Virus record (IMG/VR): IMGVR_UViG_3300002036_000006
Source: a virus
Length of the DNA: 64,000 nt
Strand: one strand, 5' to 3'
How positions within the stretch are numbered: the stretch's first letter is position 1; the number at the start of each line of letters is the position of its first letter. Below the pieces are notes generated by a model. It made no database searches and was not told the origin of the DNA. It saw only the letters and a program-made list of their open reading frames with translations. Made by a program: the position numbers and the translations under genes. This document shows, piece by piece, positions 37,653 to 47,226 of this stretch.

Positions 37653-38356
37653 TATATAGTTCTCCTCGGCCTTTTTGGAGACGAGTCTATTGAATTTTTT
37701 GCTGGGTACTCGTCCACTATGCTGTTGATTATAATCTTATTCTTCCTCCAGAACCTGAGAGCATTCCTGCCATCAAGCTCAAGAAGCTTCTTTGTATCTA
37801 TGTCTTTTATCTTTCCTATTGACAAGTTCTCACATCCAAACTGAACTCTGCTGTATGTATAACTTACTGGGTACGTATCTATCTGTATGTTTTTTATGTA
37901 ATCACAAACTCCGTGAGTTCCATATATGTCACATTCATCCAATCTAGATCCAGAAAAATCAGTCTTGTGAATGTTGCAATACTTCAATGATAATCCTGAA
38001 GTGCTGCAAGATTCCAACCTTGTGAACTGCAAGTTTGCCCCCACGAAAGTCGCCCCATCTAAATTGCACTTTGAGAAATATCCATTGGTTGCTATCGCTC
38101 TGTCGAACTTGCATCCAGATAAGTTGCAATTAATAAATGAGCAGCCACTTAGGTTGCAACAAGAAAAGTTTCTTCCAGATAGATCTTGATCCTCTATGAC
38201 AATTCCTGTCATGTCGGAACCACAGATTCTTTTTGAATTATCAATCGCCCAAATCAAAGCGCACCCTATAGATGCGCCTTGGTCCATACCCTGATCACAG
38301 GGCGCTGAATATAATTGCTCCCCAGTAAGAGAGCTATAAATCTTTACACTTGACAT
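37652..38356 (-). CDS. pentapeptide-repeat protein
   Basis: DLSGR NFSCC NLSGC SFINC NLSGC KFDRA...; start MSSVKI coupled to the upstream stop. Confidence 0.85.
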   Translation of the reverse strand: MSSVKIYSSLTGEQLYSAPCDQGMDQGASIGCALIWAIDNSKRICGSDMTGIVIEDQDLSGRNFSCCNLSGCSFINCNLSGCKFDRAIATNGYFSKCNLDGATFVGANLQFTRLESCSTSGLSLKYCNIHKTDFSGSRLDECDIYGTHGVCDYIKNIQIDTYPVSYTYSRVQFGCENLSIGKIKDIDTKKLLELDGRNALRFWRKNKIIINSIVDEYPAKNSIDSSPKRPRRTI

Positions 38357-39453
38357 TACGCATGTACATATATGTTTGCTATACCTGATGCCAGTGTAAC
38401 ACAAAAAGATGTATTTGTCTTGTCTGTTATCGCAGTTGTAACTGGAGCGCCATTATCATCTACGATAGAAACATAGTAGAAAGAGTTTGGCATTGGCGTC
38501 CCAAATAAAAAGCAAAGCTTGTTGTTGGGTGTGTCCACTGCCGCCGTTATGTTTGATTCATAGTTGGTTGCACCAGTTAAGTTTCCACTCCATCTGGCCT
38601 CATTACATGCTGGGTCTTGCCCTATCGCGTGTCCTGCCGCATCGAACTGAACGCCGCAATATGTATTTGATGCAGCTTGATTCGGGTTAGGAAGGTTGTG
38701 TGAAACTACACCTAACCCATCAACTGTAATAAACTGACCGCTCTGAGCTGACACCCCGTCAGCACCGTCCAATCCGTTCACACCATCTGTTCCGTTCAGT
38801 CCGTTAACTCCGTCCTGACCATCCTGACCGTCCTGACCATCCTGACCATTCAATCCGTTGATTCCGTCAACACCATCAACTCCATCAACTCCATCCTGAC
38901 CCGCTGGACCTTGAGTTCCAGAACCTATCTGGCATCCAGATAATGCAGCACACAATTGTGAAATTGTCAGGTATTCGCAACCATCAACAAGTATCCTAGT
39001 TGACATGGGTATACTGGAAAGCTGTGTAACTTGACTACATATCCTGTCGTCTGGGAAGTTATCCCTCAAGCTAATATTAAGTCCAGACTCACAATCCCCC
39101 GTAATGCTTATTGCGTCTGGAGTTCCCGACTCTATCCTGCATGTTGCTATAACTTCATCTGGTATGGTATCGTTTTCTCCGTCAGACTGTGTGACGCAGT
39201 CGCCTTCAAGAAAAGACCTAGGCTCTGTTCCCTCAGCTCCTCTCTCAACAACCAGCATTCCCCCAGATTCTGTAAGCCTAATCCTTTCTGCATATATTCC
39301 ACCAGTAATTAGTAGAACTGTACTATTGCCTGTCGCAAGAGCATTAACAATATCTTGTAAATCTGATGCGTCAAGAGGTATCGTTGTTGAGCTTGCTGGC
39401 AAATCAGCAATAAGCTTCTTGACTCCCAAGCTTGGAACTATGGTTATGTCCAT
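38356..39453 (-). CDS. tail fibre/virion protein with collagen-like G-X-D/N repeats
   Basis: GPAGQDGVDGVDGVDGINGLNGQDGQDGQDGQDG... Confidence 0.7.
   Translation of the reverse strand: MDITIVPSLGVKKLIADLPASSTTIPLDASDLQDIVNALATGNSTVLLITGGIYAERIRLTESGGMLVVERGAEGTEPRSFLEGDCVTQSDGENDTIPDEVIATCRIESGTPDAISITGDCESGLNISLRDNFPDDRICSQVTQLSSIPMSTRILVDGCEYLTISQLCAALSGCQIGSGTQGPAGQDGVDGVDGVDGINGLNGQDGQDGQDGQDGVNGLNGTDGVNGLDGADGVSAQSGQFITVDGLGVVSHNLPNPNQAASNTYCGVQFDAAGHAIGQDPACNEARWSGNLTGATNYESNITAAVDTPNNKLCFLFGTPMPNSFYYVSIVDDNGAPVTTAITDKTNTSFCVTLASGIANIYVHA
38810..38845. repeat. 9-bp tandem repeat CCRTCCTGA x4 within the collagen-like region
   Basis: direct reading. Confidence 0.85.
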
Positions 39454-40094
39454 TATATTTCTCCTCCAGACAGCAGTATGTTGTTGAAGTAATCTGCAAT
39501 ACTTTCTGTTTCTTCCTCTGAATAAAAAACAACAGCATTACTTGTTCTTAGTTTTGCCTCAAGAGATCTCTGGAATCTTATGGCTTCGTTTTGAGTCTGT
39601 CTGTCAACTGTAATTGGTGAAGGTGTTGATCTCACAAACCTAACATCGTTTCTATCCAACTGGACTATGTCTGGCTCACAGTGGAATGGAGGATTGACTG
39701 ATGGGCATATGCTATTGCAATCTTTTTTGCACTCAACAACCGCCTCAGTGTTAGGCTCAAAATCTCTCTGATTATCACAATCAGTATCTATCAATCTAGT
39801 CACGCCAGAAAGTCCAGACGTGTGAAGGTTGAACCTTACAGTTCTCTTAAGCAACTGACCATCATATATATCCAAGTCATAGTAACCAACTGGAAATGAG
39901 AATAGTGATGAAGGGAAAGCGAAAGAATGATTTAATCCATCCGACAACAATGGTGTCATCGGTATTGTATAGTTCTCATTGTCAGAGCCAGCCCTATGAA
40001 GCACCGCCCTGATTGCAGGGGATGCCTTTACGCTTGTAACAAAACCTCCAGTTGTTGCACAAACATCATAACATTCTCTTATCGACGATGCCAT
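39453..40094 (-). CDS. virion structural protein
   Basis: 213 aa, beta-rich N-domain, in virion operon. Confidence 0.55.
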   Translation of the reverse strand: MASSIRECYDVCATTGGFVTSVKASPAIRAVLHRAGSDNENYTIPMTPLLSDGLNHSFAFPSSLFSFPVGYYDLDIYDGQLLKRTVRFNLHTSGLSGVTRLIDTDCDNQRDFEPNTEAVVECKKDCNSICPSVNPPFHCEPDIVQLDRNDVRFVRSTPSPITVDRQTQNEAIRFQRSLEAKLRTSNAVVFYSEEETESIADYFNNILLSGGEI

Positions 40095-40753
40095 CCTTGC
40101 CTCCTAGAATTTGAAGTTCTTCTTGCCCACTGAGCTGAAGCGTCAGACTCTGCTTCATCCTTTCCTATGGTAAAATATTCCCTAAATGCTCTTGCTTGCT
40201 GCTGTGGCAACATTCTAGCAACGGCCCCGTGAACCAAATACTCCCTGTAAAGCTCATAAACTCTTTCATCCATAAGGCAAGAAGAAGCCTCTGGGAAAAC
40301 GCTCACACAAGCCTCCAAGCTTAATCCATCACAAGACGGTGCTGGACATATATTTATAAAGCCATCGTTGTATGTGTATGTGTTATCCCTATAATCACTA
40401 CCGCCGTAATGCGATCTGTTTGTCGGAGATCCAGAATTTAAGGTATCCCTGTGTGGACTGCATATCTTCTCTAGATCATAGGTCTGCCACCTATCGCACT
40501 CTTGCTCACAGCAGATGCTGTATATCTTGCTTATTACATGACCATCATATTTAAATAAGTGATATTCACTAACGCAACTCTGCAATGGAATACATATCAC
40601 TCTCCTAAGAACGTGAGTGTCTTTCACAAACTCCCTATATGCTTGCTGTATTGCATATATTGCTCTGTTCTTATTGAAGCTCTGCTCTTCCACTCCCTCG
40701 TTAATTAGGACCTGAACAACGTCTGGCAATAGCTTTTCATATTCAACGTACAT
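40079..40753 (-). CDS. head-tail adaptor/tail tubular A-like protein
   Basis: LLPDV...AI..AYREF..T..LR...Y.EYLVHGAVARM pattern. Confidence 0.55.
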   Translation of the reverse strand: MYVEYEKLLPDVVQVLINEGVEEQSFNKNRAIYAIQQAYREFVKDTHVLRRVICIPLQSCVSEYHLFKYDGHVISKIYSICCEQECDRWQTYDLEKICSPHRDTLNSGSPTNRSHYGGSDYRDNTYTYNDGFINICPAPSCDGLSLEACVSVFPEASSCLMDERVYELYREYLVHGAVARMLPQQQARAFREYFTIGKDEAESDASAQWARRTSNSRRQGWHRR

Positions 40754-41478
40754 TACTGGAAGTTCCTAGCGTTCTGAGCAAACAGAACTCTCTTATCACG
40801 AAGAGATAGATCTCTTATGAATGAGTTCTGAATTACTTGTTCGTATTTATTGTGGTATGCCTCCCATTGACTTCCATCTACATTAACCATTCCATCCATT
40901 CCATAAGCATAAGATAGAACAAGTAGTGTGAAGACGTGGAGGTTGTCGCATATAGATTGTGGAAGTACGCCACTCTCTATGGACTCGGAAAGATCCTCAG
41001 TGCATCGAGCAATAACATAATAAGCATTCCCATCGTTTGGAACTTCTGGGTTAACCTTGATCTTGCATGGATCTTCTGGATCTATCTCTATTGATTCTAT
41101 GGTGTAATTTTCAGAAGACATAGATGAGTTGGGGAAGCAAGCAAGCCCTTCAAAGAACTCATCTCCCCACGTATCTGATTCTGATTTTACTGAGATTTTT
41201 TCGCACTCTTGACCTTCTAGGTATATAGGTCCGCGAATATCTGAACAGCCTTGTGAACACACTGCTGTATAGCAACCAGTCTCTAACCTGATCCTTTTAT
41301 CCTTAAGAAACAGGTCTCCCCTGTCTTTCTTGATCTGGTTGGCTGCAATGCACATAATCCATGTAAGGTGTTCCTTAGTCCACCTTACATGTTTTGTAAC
41401 ACCGTTTTGAGTTCGGGTGCAATCCTTTAGTTGCGATGCAAGCCCATCCAAATATTTATCTAGTGAGCATGTCGCCAC
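40753..41478 (-). CDS. virion adaptor-like structural protein
   Basis: RWT...L...AANQI...R.DLF pattern; position after the capsid genes. Confidence 0.5.
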   Translation of the reverse strand: MATCSLDKYLDGLASQLKDCTRTQNGVTKHVRWTKEHLTWIMCIAANQIKKDRGDLFLKDKRIRLETGCYTAVCSQGCSDIRGPIYLEGQECEKISVKSESDTWGDEFFEGLACFPNSSMSSENYTIESIEIDPEDPCKIKVNPEVPNDGNAYYVIARCTEDLSESIESGVLPQSICDNLHVFTLLVLSYAYGMDGMVNVDGSQWEAYHNKYEQVIQNSFIRDLSLRDKRVLFAQNARNFQ

Positions 41479-41481
41479 TTG

Positions 41482-41934
41482 TTACTCCTCGGTAGGTTGT
41501 ACCATCGCTTCGTCAACAGCTAACTGCTTTGCTTCAGCATGCTTCTCTGATGCAATCTGAGCTTCCCCTTTAGCCGCCTCAGCTTCGAGCTGTTCAAGCC
41601 TTTGCTGCATCTCTAGGAACTTGCTAAGGATGGTTGCTTCTGTCTCTTCAGACAGATCGTCAACTGTTTTCTTAGATTGATCTAAAGCTTCGTATCTGCT
41701 GCGCGTTAAATTTTTAAGTTTCTCATCCCTGAGAACCCCGTTTTTCTCACAGTCCTTGTAACCGTAACGAGGGTAGTCCTTTTTGTCGGTCACGATATAC
41801 GCTCCTGCATACCATGAGTTCTTGTCCATCTGTCCATGCTCAACAATAGCTTGAGCTTCTCGGATGTCAACTGCCGTAATGCGCTCCACTGGAACTCCAT
41901 TACCCGCAGGAATATATACTAATACTCTTTTCAT
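41482..41934 (-). CDS. hypothetical virion-associated protein
   Basis: 150 aa with coiled-coil C-terminus. Confidence 0.6.
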   Translation of the reverse strand: MKRVLVYIPAGNGVPVERITAVDIREAQAIVEHGQMDKNSWYAGAYIVTDKKDYPRYGYKDCEKNGVLRDEKLKNLTRSRYEALDQSKKTVDDLSEETEATILSKFLEMQQRLEQLEAEAAKGEAQIASEKHAEAKQLAVDEAMVQPTEE

Positions 41935-41962
41935 TTCAGTTCTCTTGTTTTTATTATTATAA

Positions 41963-41988
41963 CTCCCCCAACTCTAAGGAAGGGGGAG
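41963..41988 (-). terminator. GC-rich hairpin after the capsid genes (possible attenuator)
   Basis: CTCCCCC/GGGGGAG stem; weak U-tract. Confidence 0.4.
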
Positions 41989-42015
41989 CGAGTCCTACTT
42001 TACTTCTTTCCCTAA

Positions 42016-42801
42016 TTAGGGAGCTGGTGGCGCTACCGGAGCAGGAGCTGGAGGAAGAGTTCTTCCGAAGCCGCCTGAACCTTTGCTTACCTCAATGTCT
42101 CTCCAGATGATAACATCTGTTGAAAGAGCATCTACAGCCGCAGCCCACGATTGGTAAACATCAACTGGAGCAGCAGTACTTTCCAGAGGATTCAAGCATG
42201 AGTCATTGTAGTGAACTCGAACTTGGAAGTCTGGTAGGTCGCTGTTGTCGCAATCGGTAAACCACTCGTCTGCCGCTGGAAGTGAAACCACTTCTGCAAC
42301 CAGCCAAAACAATTCATTCTCACCCGCTAATGCGTTAGTGCCTGAGTTGTCATAGCGGAACTTCTGTACTGGCTGAACATCCCAACGTTCGTTGGTGCAT
42401 CCGTTCGAGAAGTCAATAGAAATACCTTCGTCTTCTACTTCTGCATAGTTTCCATCAATAACAGTAATCTTAAGCTCTAGGCCTTCGATAGTGTTGCGCT
42501 GTCGAACAAAGATAGAATCCAACTCGGTTAGCTCTGGAGCGCCGATGCCTAGCACGAACTGGTCGCCAACTTCAAGCTCGCCAGATTGGAAGATCTGCTC
42601 GAACCTTAGGTAGTCATCCGACTCATACGTGTGAAGCACGTTTGGATTACTTGTTCTTGTTTTCTCAAACCCATTGTAGCGGAAAGCTTTCTCAGATCCG
42701 TGACCTTCTACATTCCTGTAAGAATATTGGTCAACGTTTGGGAAGACTGATTCGCCATCCCAATCGCATACTTGTGCTTGAGGCATTACATAAATAGTCA
42801 T
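42016..42801 (-). CDS. capsid decoration/minor capsid protein
   Basis: directly after the MCP gene; Pro/Ala tail. Confidence 0.55.
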   Translation of the reverse strand: MTIYVMPQAQVCDWDGESVFPNVDQYSYRNVEGHGSEKAFRYNGFEKTRTSNPNVLHTYESDDYLRFEQIFQSGELEVGDQFVLGIGAPELTELDSIFVRQRNTIEGLELKITVIDGNYAEVEDEGISIDFSNGCTNERWDVQPVQKFRYDNSGTNALAGENELFWLVAEVVSLPAADEWFTDCDNSDLPDFQVRVHYNDSCLNPLESTAAPVDVYQSWAAAVDALSTDVIIWRDIEVSKGSGGFGRTLPPAPAPVAPPAP

Positions 42802-42820
42802 GTGTATTATCCTCTATTAA

Positions 42821-43861
42821 TTAAGGTGCTACTGGAGCAGGTGCTGTTGAGCTATACTTGCGTAGACCTTGACGCTCGAAAACAATCCAGTCGTTAGCAA
42901 CCATATTCTCTTGTACTACTTGCATGAAGTAGAAGAATACCCTACGGAAGTGATTACCGTCTTCTTCTTTATCAGCACCAATCATAGTGTCATCTAGAAG
43001 AGCAGGATGGTATGCAAGAGCGTCTGCGTGGAACACAGGGATCTTGTATGCGAATACGCCAGTCTCTACCTCAATGCGCTGGAAGAACTCGTCTTTCAAG
43101 AAGACTGGAGTAACACCATTTACATTTTGGATGAAGTCAGGCATCACACCGCTAAGAGCAGGCGGAACATTCTGACAACACTCTGACCATAGCTCATTGA
43201 TTGCTGTATCCTTAAGCATGATTGACTTGGCGCAAAGTGGGAACAATGCCATCCAACCCATAGCTGGGAAACAGTTAACTTGGAATGCATCTCCACGCTC
43301 AAACAAGTAACTTGTGATGTCAGACTCACCTTCCCTAATAAGAAGAGGGTCTGCTTCTGAACCGAAGCTTACGCCACAGTCAGTACAAAAGTTAGTTTCG
43401 TATGTACCAAGAAGACGAACAGCTTGAGCAAGCAACGTGTCGGACAAGTCCTTCATGTTGATGTCGTCTAGCATAGACTTGTATTCTTGGGTGTTTGCGC
43501 ATGAGAATTCATATGCGTCGATTTTGTATTGATTCCACAACTTGCTCCATAGAGGGAAAGTTTTGGTTTCAATTAGCGGTGTCTCACCATCTTTGTAACG
43601 CTGGTTAAACGAGCCGTGATTCCAATCAGTGCCTTTAGTAGGCGGAATCTTAAAGGTAATGCTTTTCTTGCAAGGATCGAACTCTGTCATAAGGTTCGCG
43701 CCTGAAGCAAGCATCTCTAGTGGGAAGGTGCAACGGTGTTGTTGCAGCCATTGATTCTCCAGCACTTCGTAATAACGCTCATCCGTAATCTTGCGGTGTT
43801 CGTAATCGTGCGCAGACTGTACTGGCTTAGGAGTGTTATCACCCCAGTAACTATTAGACAT
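42821..43861 (-). CDS. major capsid protein (putative)
   Basis: 346 aa, follows the scaffold gene, strong SD and codon bias. Confidence 0.65.
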   Translation of the reverse strand: MSNSYWGDNTPKPVQSAHDYEHRKITDERYYEVLENQWLQQHRCTFPLEMLASGANLMTEFDPCKKSITFKIPPTKGTDWNHGSFNQRYKDGETPLIETKTFPLWSKLWNQYKIDAYEFSCANTQEYKSMLDDINMKDLSDTLLAQAVRLLGTYETNFCTDCGVSFGSEADPLLIREGESDITSYLFERGDAFQVNCFPAMGWMALFPLCAKSIMLKDTAINELWSECCQNVPPALSGVMPDFIQNVNGVTPVFLKDEFFQRIEVETGVFAYKIPVFHADALAYHPALLDDTMIGADKEEDGNHFRRVFFYFMQVVQENMVANDWIVFERQGLRKYSSTAPAPVAP

Positions 43862-43880
43862 TTCTTAACTATCTCCGTGT

Positions 43881-44699
43881 TTAATTAATGAGTTCATCGG
43901 CTTTTTCCTTGACCTTTTCCTGTAGCTCTATAACCTTATGAAAGTCCTTGTTAGGTCCAGTCATATGTTTTTCGATTTCTATGTTCAGTTTTTCGATCTC
44001 AGCTTCCACTGATGCGCTCTTCTTCATGTCGGTTCTGGTGGCAGTGCCATTATTGCCAGACACGCTTTGATGATTTTTATACTTGTGCTGTGTAAAATCT
44101 TCAAACTTTTCCTTGAATGCTAGCAGTGATTTTAGGTCTCCCTTCTCTGCTGCTTCATCAAACGCTTTCCTTGCATTATACAATCCACCATTCCTCTCGG
44201 TAATGATGTCAAGCATTTCTCCAATATCTTCTGCGTTCTCCTCTGTGAACACCTTGTCTAGACCGTGCGCTCTGCTAATGTCTTCGACTTGCTGGCTTCC
44301 TAGATTCTTGAGCTGCTTATTGCTCTCTTTAATCTGCTCTCCAAGCGTGTTCGTCATCTTGTCCATCTGCTGTAAAAGCAATGATGAGTCATTGGTTGAT
44401 TGCTTTTGGATTCCACCAAGAACCCCTAACAGGATCCTAGCTCCGTCCTCTCCCATACTCTTAGTAAGGGCCTGAAGTGCATCATCACCAATTCCTAATT
44501 GGGTGTGAATAGGGCTATCATTAGCATTAGGCTGAGATTGTGGCTGTTCGGTTGATGTGTCCTTTGACACTGCCGCTTGTATCAACTGTGCTAGCTGATC
44601 TGCCGACAATACAGTTTGTCCTTGGTTGCCTGAGTTGCCCTTATCACTTTTGTCCTGACCGCCTTCATTGCGATCAGTATCAAACTTTACATTAAACAT
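43881..44699 (-). CDS. capsid scaffolding protein (putative)
   Basis: Q/D/K-rich helical protein before the MCP gene; AAGGTG SD gives start MFNVKF. Confidence 0.6.
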   Translation of the reverse strand: MFNVKFDTDRNEGGQDKSDKGNSGNQGQTVLSADQLAQLIQAAVSKDTSTEQPQSQPNANDSPIHTQLGIGDDALQALTKSMGEDGARILLGVLGGIQKQSTNDSSLLLQQMDKMTNTLGEQIKESNKQLKNLGSQQVEDISRAHGLDKVFTEENAEDIGEMLDIITERNGGLYNARKAFDEAAEKGDLKSLLAFKEKFEDFTQHKYKNHQSVSGNNGTATRTDMKKSASVEAEIEKLNIEIEKHMTGPNKDFHKVIELQEKVKEKADELIN

Positions 44700-44739
44700 T
44701 AATTCACCTTTTTTATTATTGTTAGTGGTGATACGATGA

Positions 44740-45105
44740 CTATGGTTGTCTATCGTATTTGGCAAATACATTTACCTCAAGTGCGTCTCTTTCACGAACG
44801 AGTAAGTACTGACCATGTACATCAATTATATCATGTGTGTTTGCCTTTGTCAACCTAACCCTAGGAACTTCAACAGTTTCTAGAGGGCTACATTCAACGT
44901 CTTTAGTCCATACAGACATTACGGCCTCATCACAATGATTCTCTGGGTAATGAAGGATGTTGTATACCGTTATATCTCCATCGAGATCGCAGTCCCATCC
45001 ATTAGAAACAAGCTTGACTCTTTCCCCTTTTCTAACAAACAATACTTGAGATGAAACCCTTCTTCCATCGTTTGCTTCGAATAACCTTATTAGTTTATTT
45101 CTCAT
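44740..45105 (-). CDS. hypothetical protein
   Basis: 121-aa ORF. Confidence 0.6.
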   Translation of the reverse strand: MRNKLIRLFEANDGRRVSSQVLFVRKGERVKLVSNGWDCDLDGDITVYNILHYPENHCDEAVMSVWTKDVECSPLETVEVPRVRLTKANTHDIIDVHGQYLLVRERDALEVNVFAKYDRQP

Positions 45106-45505
45106 CTTTGATTCCTTTCAAATCTTCTGGTAAGCAAGTAGGGTCAAGTATTACACTTTGCTTGTCGTTCGTTGCCCTTCTCATAAATATGTCAAACTTA
45201 TTTGAGATAATACATCCCCAAGCTGCAAGCTTTTGCTCACACTCAAGAATGTCTCCGACAGTTTCATTAGCGCAGACTGGCTTACTCGGCAACTCCCTGT
45301 CTTCTATCTGAGCCTTCGGGTATATGTTGTTCACTATGAAACGCTCCTGAACTGATGCGCACCCTCCCAACATCATCAGGAATGGGAAGACCGTAAAAAT
45401 CCAAAGCTTCTTGACTTTTAGCTGCAATCCTTTTATACCTGTTAATCTCTTCGTACTCCTTTGCTCTGAACTCATCTCGTATTTTCTTGTCTCTAATTCT
45501 GTCAT
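45095..45505 (-). CDS. o-spanin (Rz1-like lipoprotein); start uncertain
   Basis: hydrophobic stretch plus lipobox LGGC; overlaps the i-spanin gene in another frame. Confidence 0.7.
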   Translation of the reverse strand: MTELETRKYEMSSEQRSTKRLTGIKGLQLKVKKLWIFTVFPFLMMLGGCASVQERFIVNNIYPKAQIEDRELPSKPVCANETVGDILECEQKLAAWGCIISNKFDIFMRRATNDKQSVILDPTCLPEDLKGIKDEK

Positions 45506-45713
45506 CTTCGTTTCTCTTTTCTAGCCTAGCATTCTCAGCCTTTAGATTTTTATTTATCTCTACTTGCTGCTCATAGCTTTGAGAATCTCTGACAATCTGA
45601 GCGCCCTTCTTGAATGCAGATATAACTGCACTCACTACTAGCCATGCCAATATTGGGATAATGAGCCACTTGACCAACTTAGGGCCAAGTGCTCTTAAGA
45701 ATACCATGAACAC
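45282..45713 (-). CDS. i-spanin (Rz-like)
   Basis: N-terminal TM segment followed by coiled coil. Confidence 0.7.
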   Translation of the reverse strand: MFMVFLRALGPKLVKWLIIPILAWLVVSAVISAFKKGAQIVRDSQSYEQQVEINKNLKAENARLEKRNEDDRIRDKKIRDEFRAKEYEEINRYKRIAAKSQEALDFYGLPIPDDVGRVRISSGAFHSEQHIPEGSDRRQGVAE

Positions 45714-45716
45714 GTA

Positions 45717-46433
45717 CTATCCTTCTGAATCTAATTCTTCAACTTCCACTTCATCATCTTCATCTTCTGGCTGGAATACAGTCTCAGTTGAAGAATCTGT
45801 TTGCGTGTCAGTAGATGAATCTGTGCTAACATAAGATTCGCCCTGTGCGCTTTGATTTGTTGAACCGTTATCAACTGAAGTAGTGTCGCCAACAGTAGAT
45901 CCATTATCAGCAGAGTTTGTTGTTGTACTGTTATTGGTAGTTGTAGTATTTCCCCCTGCATTAGACGCGGTAGCAGTGAATGCTCCAGCAATCTTATCAA
46001 CAGCAGTAACATTAACTACACCACCCGTTACAACCTTTGCGGTTCCAACTAACGCTCCGCTCCAGTACTTGTGCTTTTCTGCACTTGCTTGGTACTTGGC
46101 AACTTCTGAATCATTAAAGTTAGTAGGGTTCTTCTGACCAGCAAGACCTTCTATAGCTAGAACTAGAGCCATATCTTCACTGTCAACTTGTGAGTACTTC
46201 TTCTTTTGCGCATCAAAGAACTTTTCGTTTGATTTTTCAGCAGCCTTAACCTTCTCAAGCTCAACATATTCCTTACCAGTAAGGACAACAGTTACTACCT
46301 CACCGCCCTCGGTGTTTACTTGGTTCTGTGTTTGGGGCTTCTTCTTGCTGAAAGGCCAAACGGCATATGCGCTTGTTGATGCCAGTGACAATGCAAGAGC
46401 AAGCACTAATGATTTAATTATTTTTGTTTTCAT
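45717..46433 (-). CDS. secreted/periplasmic protein with Sec signal peptide
   Basis: MKTKIIKSLVLALALSLASTSAYA; T/S/N/D-rich tail. Confidence 0.7.
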   Translation of the reverse strand: MKTKIIKSLVLALALSLASTSAYAVWPFSKKKPQTQNQVNTEGGEVVTVVLTGKEYVELEKVKAAEKSNEKFFDAQKKKYSQVDSEDMALVLAIEGLAGQKNPTNFNDSEVAKYQASAEKHKYWSGALVGTAKVVTGGVVNVTAVDKIAGAFTATASNAGGNTTTTNNSTTTNSADNGSTVGDTTSVDNGSTNQSAQGESYVSTDSSTDTQTDSSTETVFQPEDEDDEVEVEELDSEG

Positions 46434-46452
46434 ATTTCTTATCTCTTTATAT

Positions 46453-47226
46453 TTATGATTTCAAACAAAGCTCTGTCTCATCTGATCTTCTATTAACCAG
46501 ACCTCTCACAACTCTTCCGCCAGCTTTGTTCCACCAACCTATAGCCTGACAACCACCCACTATATTTCCATTGTTAAGTCTTCTTGTTGCTGTGCTTTTT
46601 CCAGCAGCACGGATACCTACATTGTAAGCCAAGGATGTGTATGCGGCTTCTCGGTTGTTGTTGATCCAGTTATTATATGCATGACTCTCAACATAACCTA
46701 GCCATCCATCCCTGTATTCTAACACTTCTTCCCTTAAAAGTCCATCGCATTGACTCTTGGTCATAGACATTCCAATCTCTATGCCTCTGGTTGATCCGTA
46801 ACAGATAGTCGGAACACCAACAATATCTAGATACGCATCTGTTCTCAGTCCCTCCCACCTAGCAATTAAAGGAACGGATATATCGAGGGAGGATTCCTGT
46901 GGTTTCGATCCCCTGCTGGTATCTTTATCGCATTCACTTGCAATTGATGAGGTTAGCATTGAAAAGCAAAGCAAAATTATTACTAAAAATATTCCTGCAA
47001 TTCTTGATAGTTCAATCCAAGGCCTGTTTTCTTGAACCAAGAACCTACCTATAATTCCAAACAAAAGCAACAGAACTCCAGTCCACCATAGAGGGGCAGG
47101 GTTGATGTCAACCTCGTATATGGAGTAAACTATTTCAGGAGTGACAAGAACCAGCAATCCCAGAACTTGCGCCCAAAATGATATTGAAACTAAGGTAACT
47201 CTATACCAATCGTCCACTATCTTCAT
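46453..47226 (-). CDS. GH24 lysozyme endolysin fused to an N-terminal multi-TM domain
   Basis: WEG-x7-D-x5-T triad (EGLRTDAYLDIVGVPT); WNKAGGRVVRGLVNRR..E..LC; three hydrophobic segments in the first ~95 aa. Confidence 0.88.
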   Translation of the reverse strand: MKIVDDWYRVTLVSISFWAQVLGLLVLVTPEIVYSIYEVDINPAPLWWTGVLLLLFGIIGRFLVQENRPWIELSRIAGIFLVIILLCFSMLTSSIASECDKDTSRGSKPQESSLDISVPLIARWEGLRTDAYLDIVGVPTICYGSTRGIEIGMSMTKSQCDGLLREEVLEYRDGWLGYVESHAYNNWINNNREAAYTSLAYNVGIRAAGKSTATRRLNNGNIVGGCQAIGWWNKAGGRVVRGLVNRRSDETELCLKS

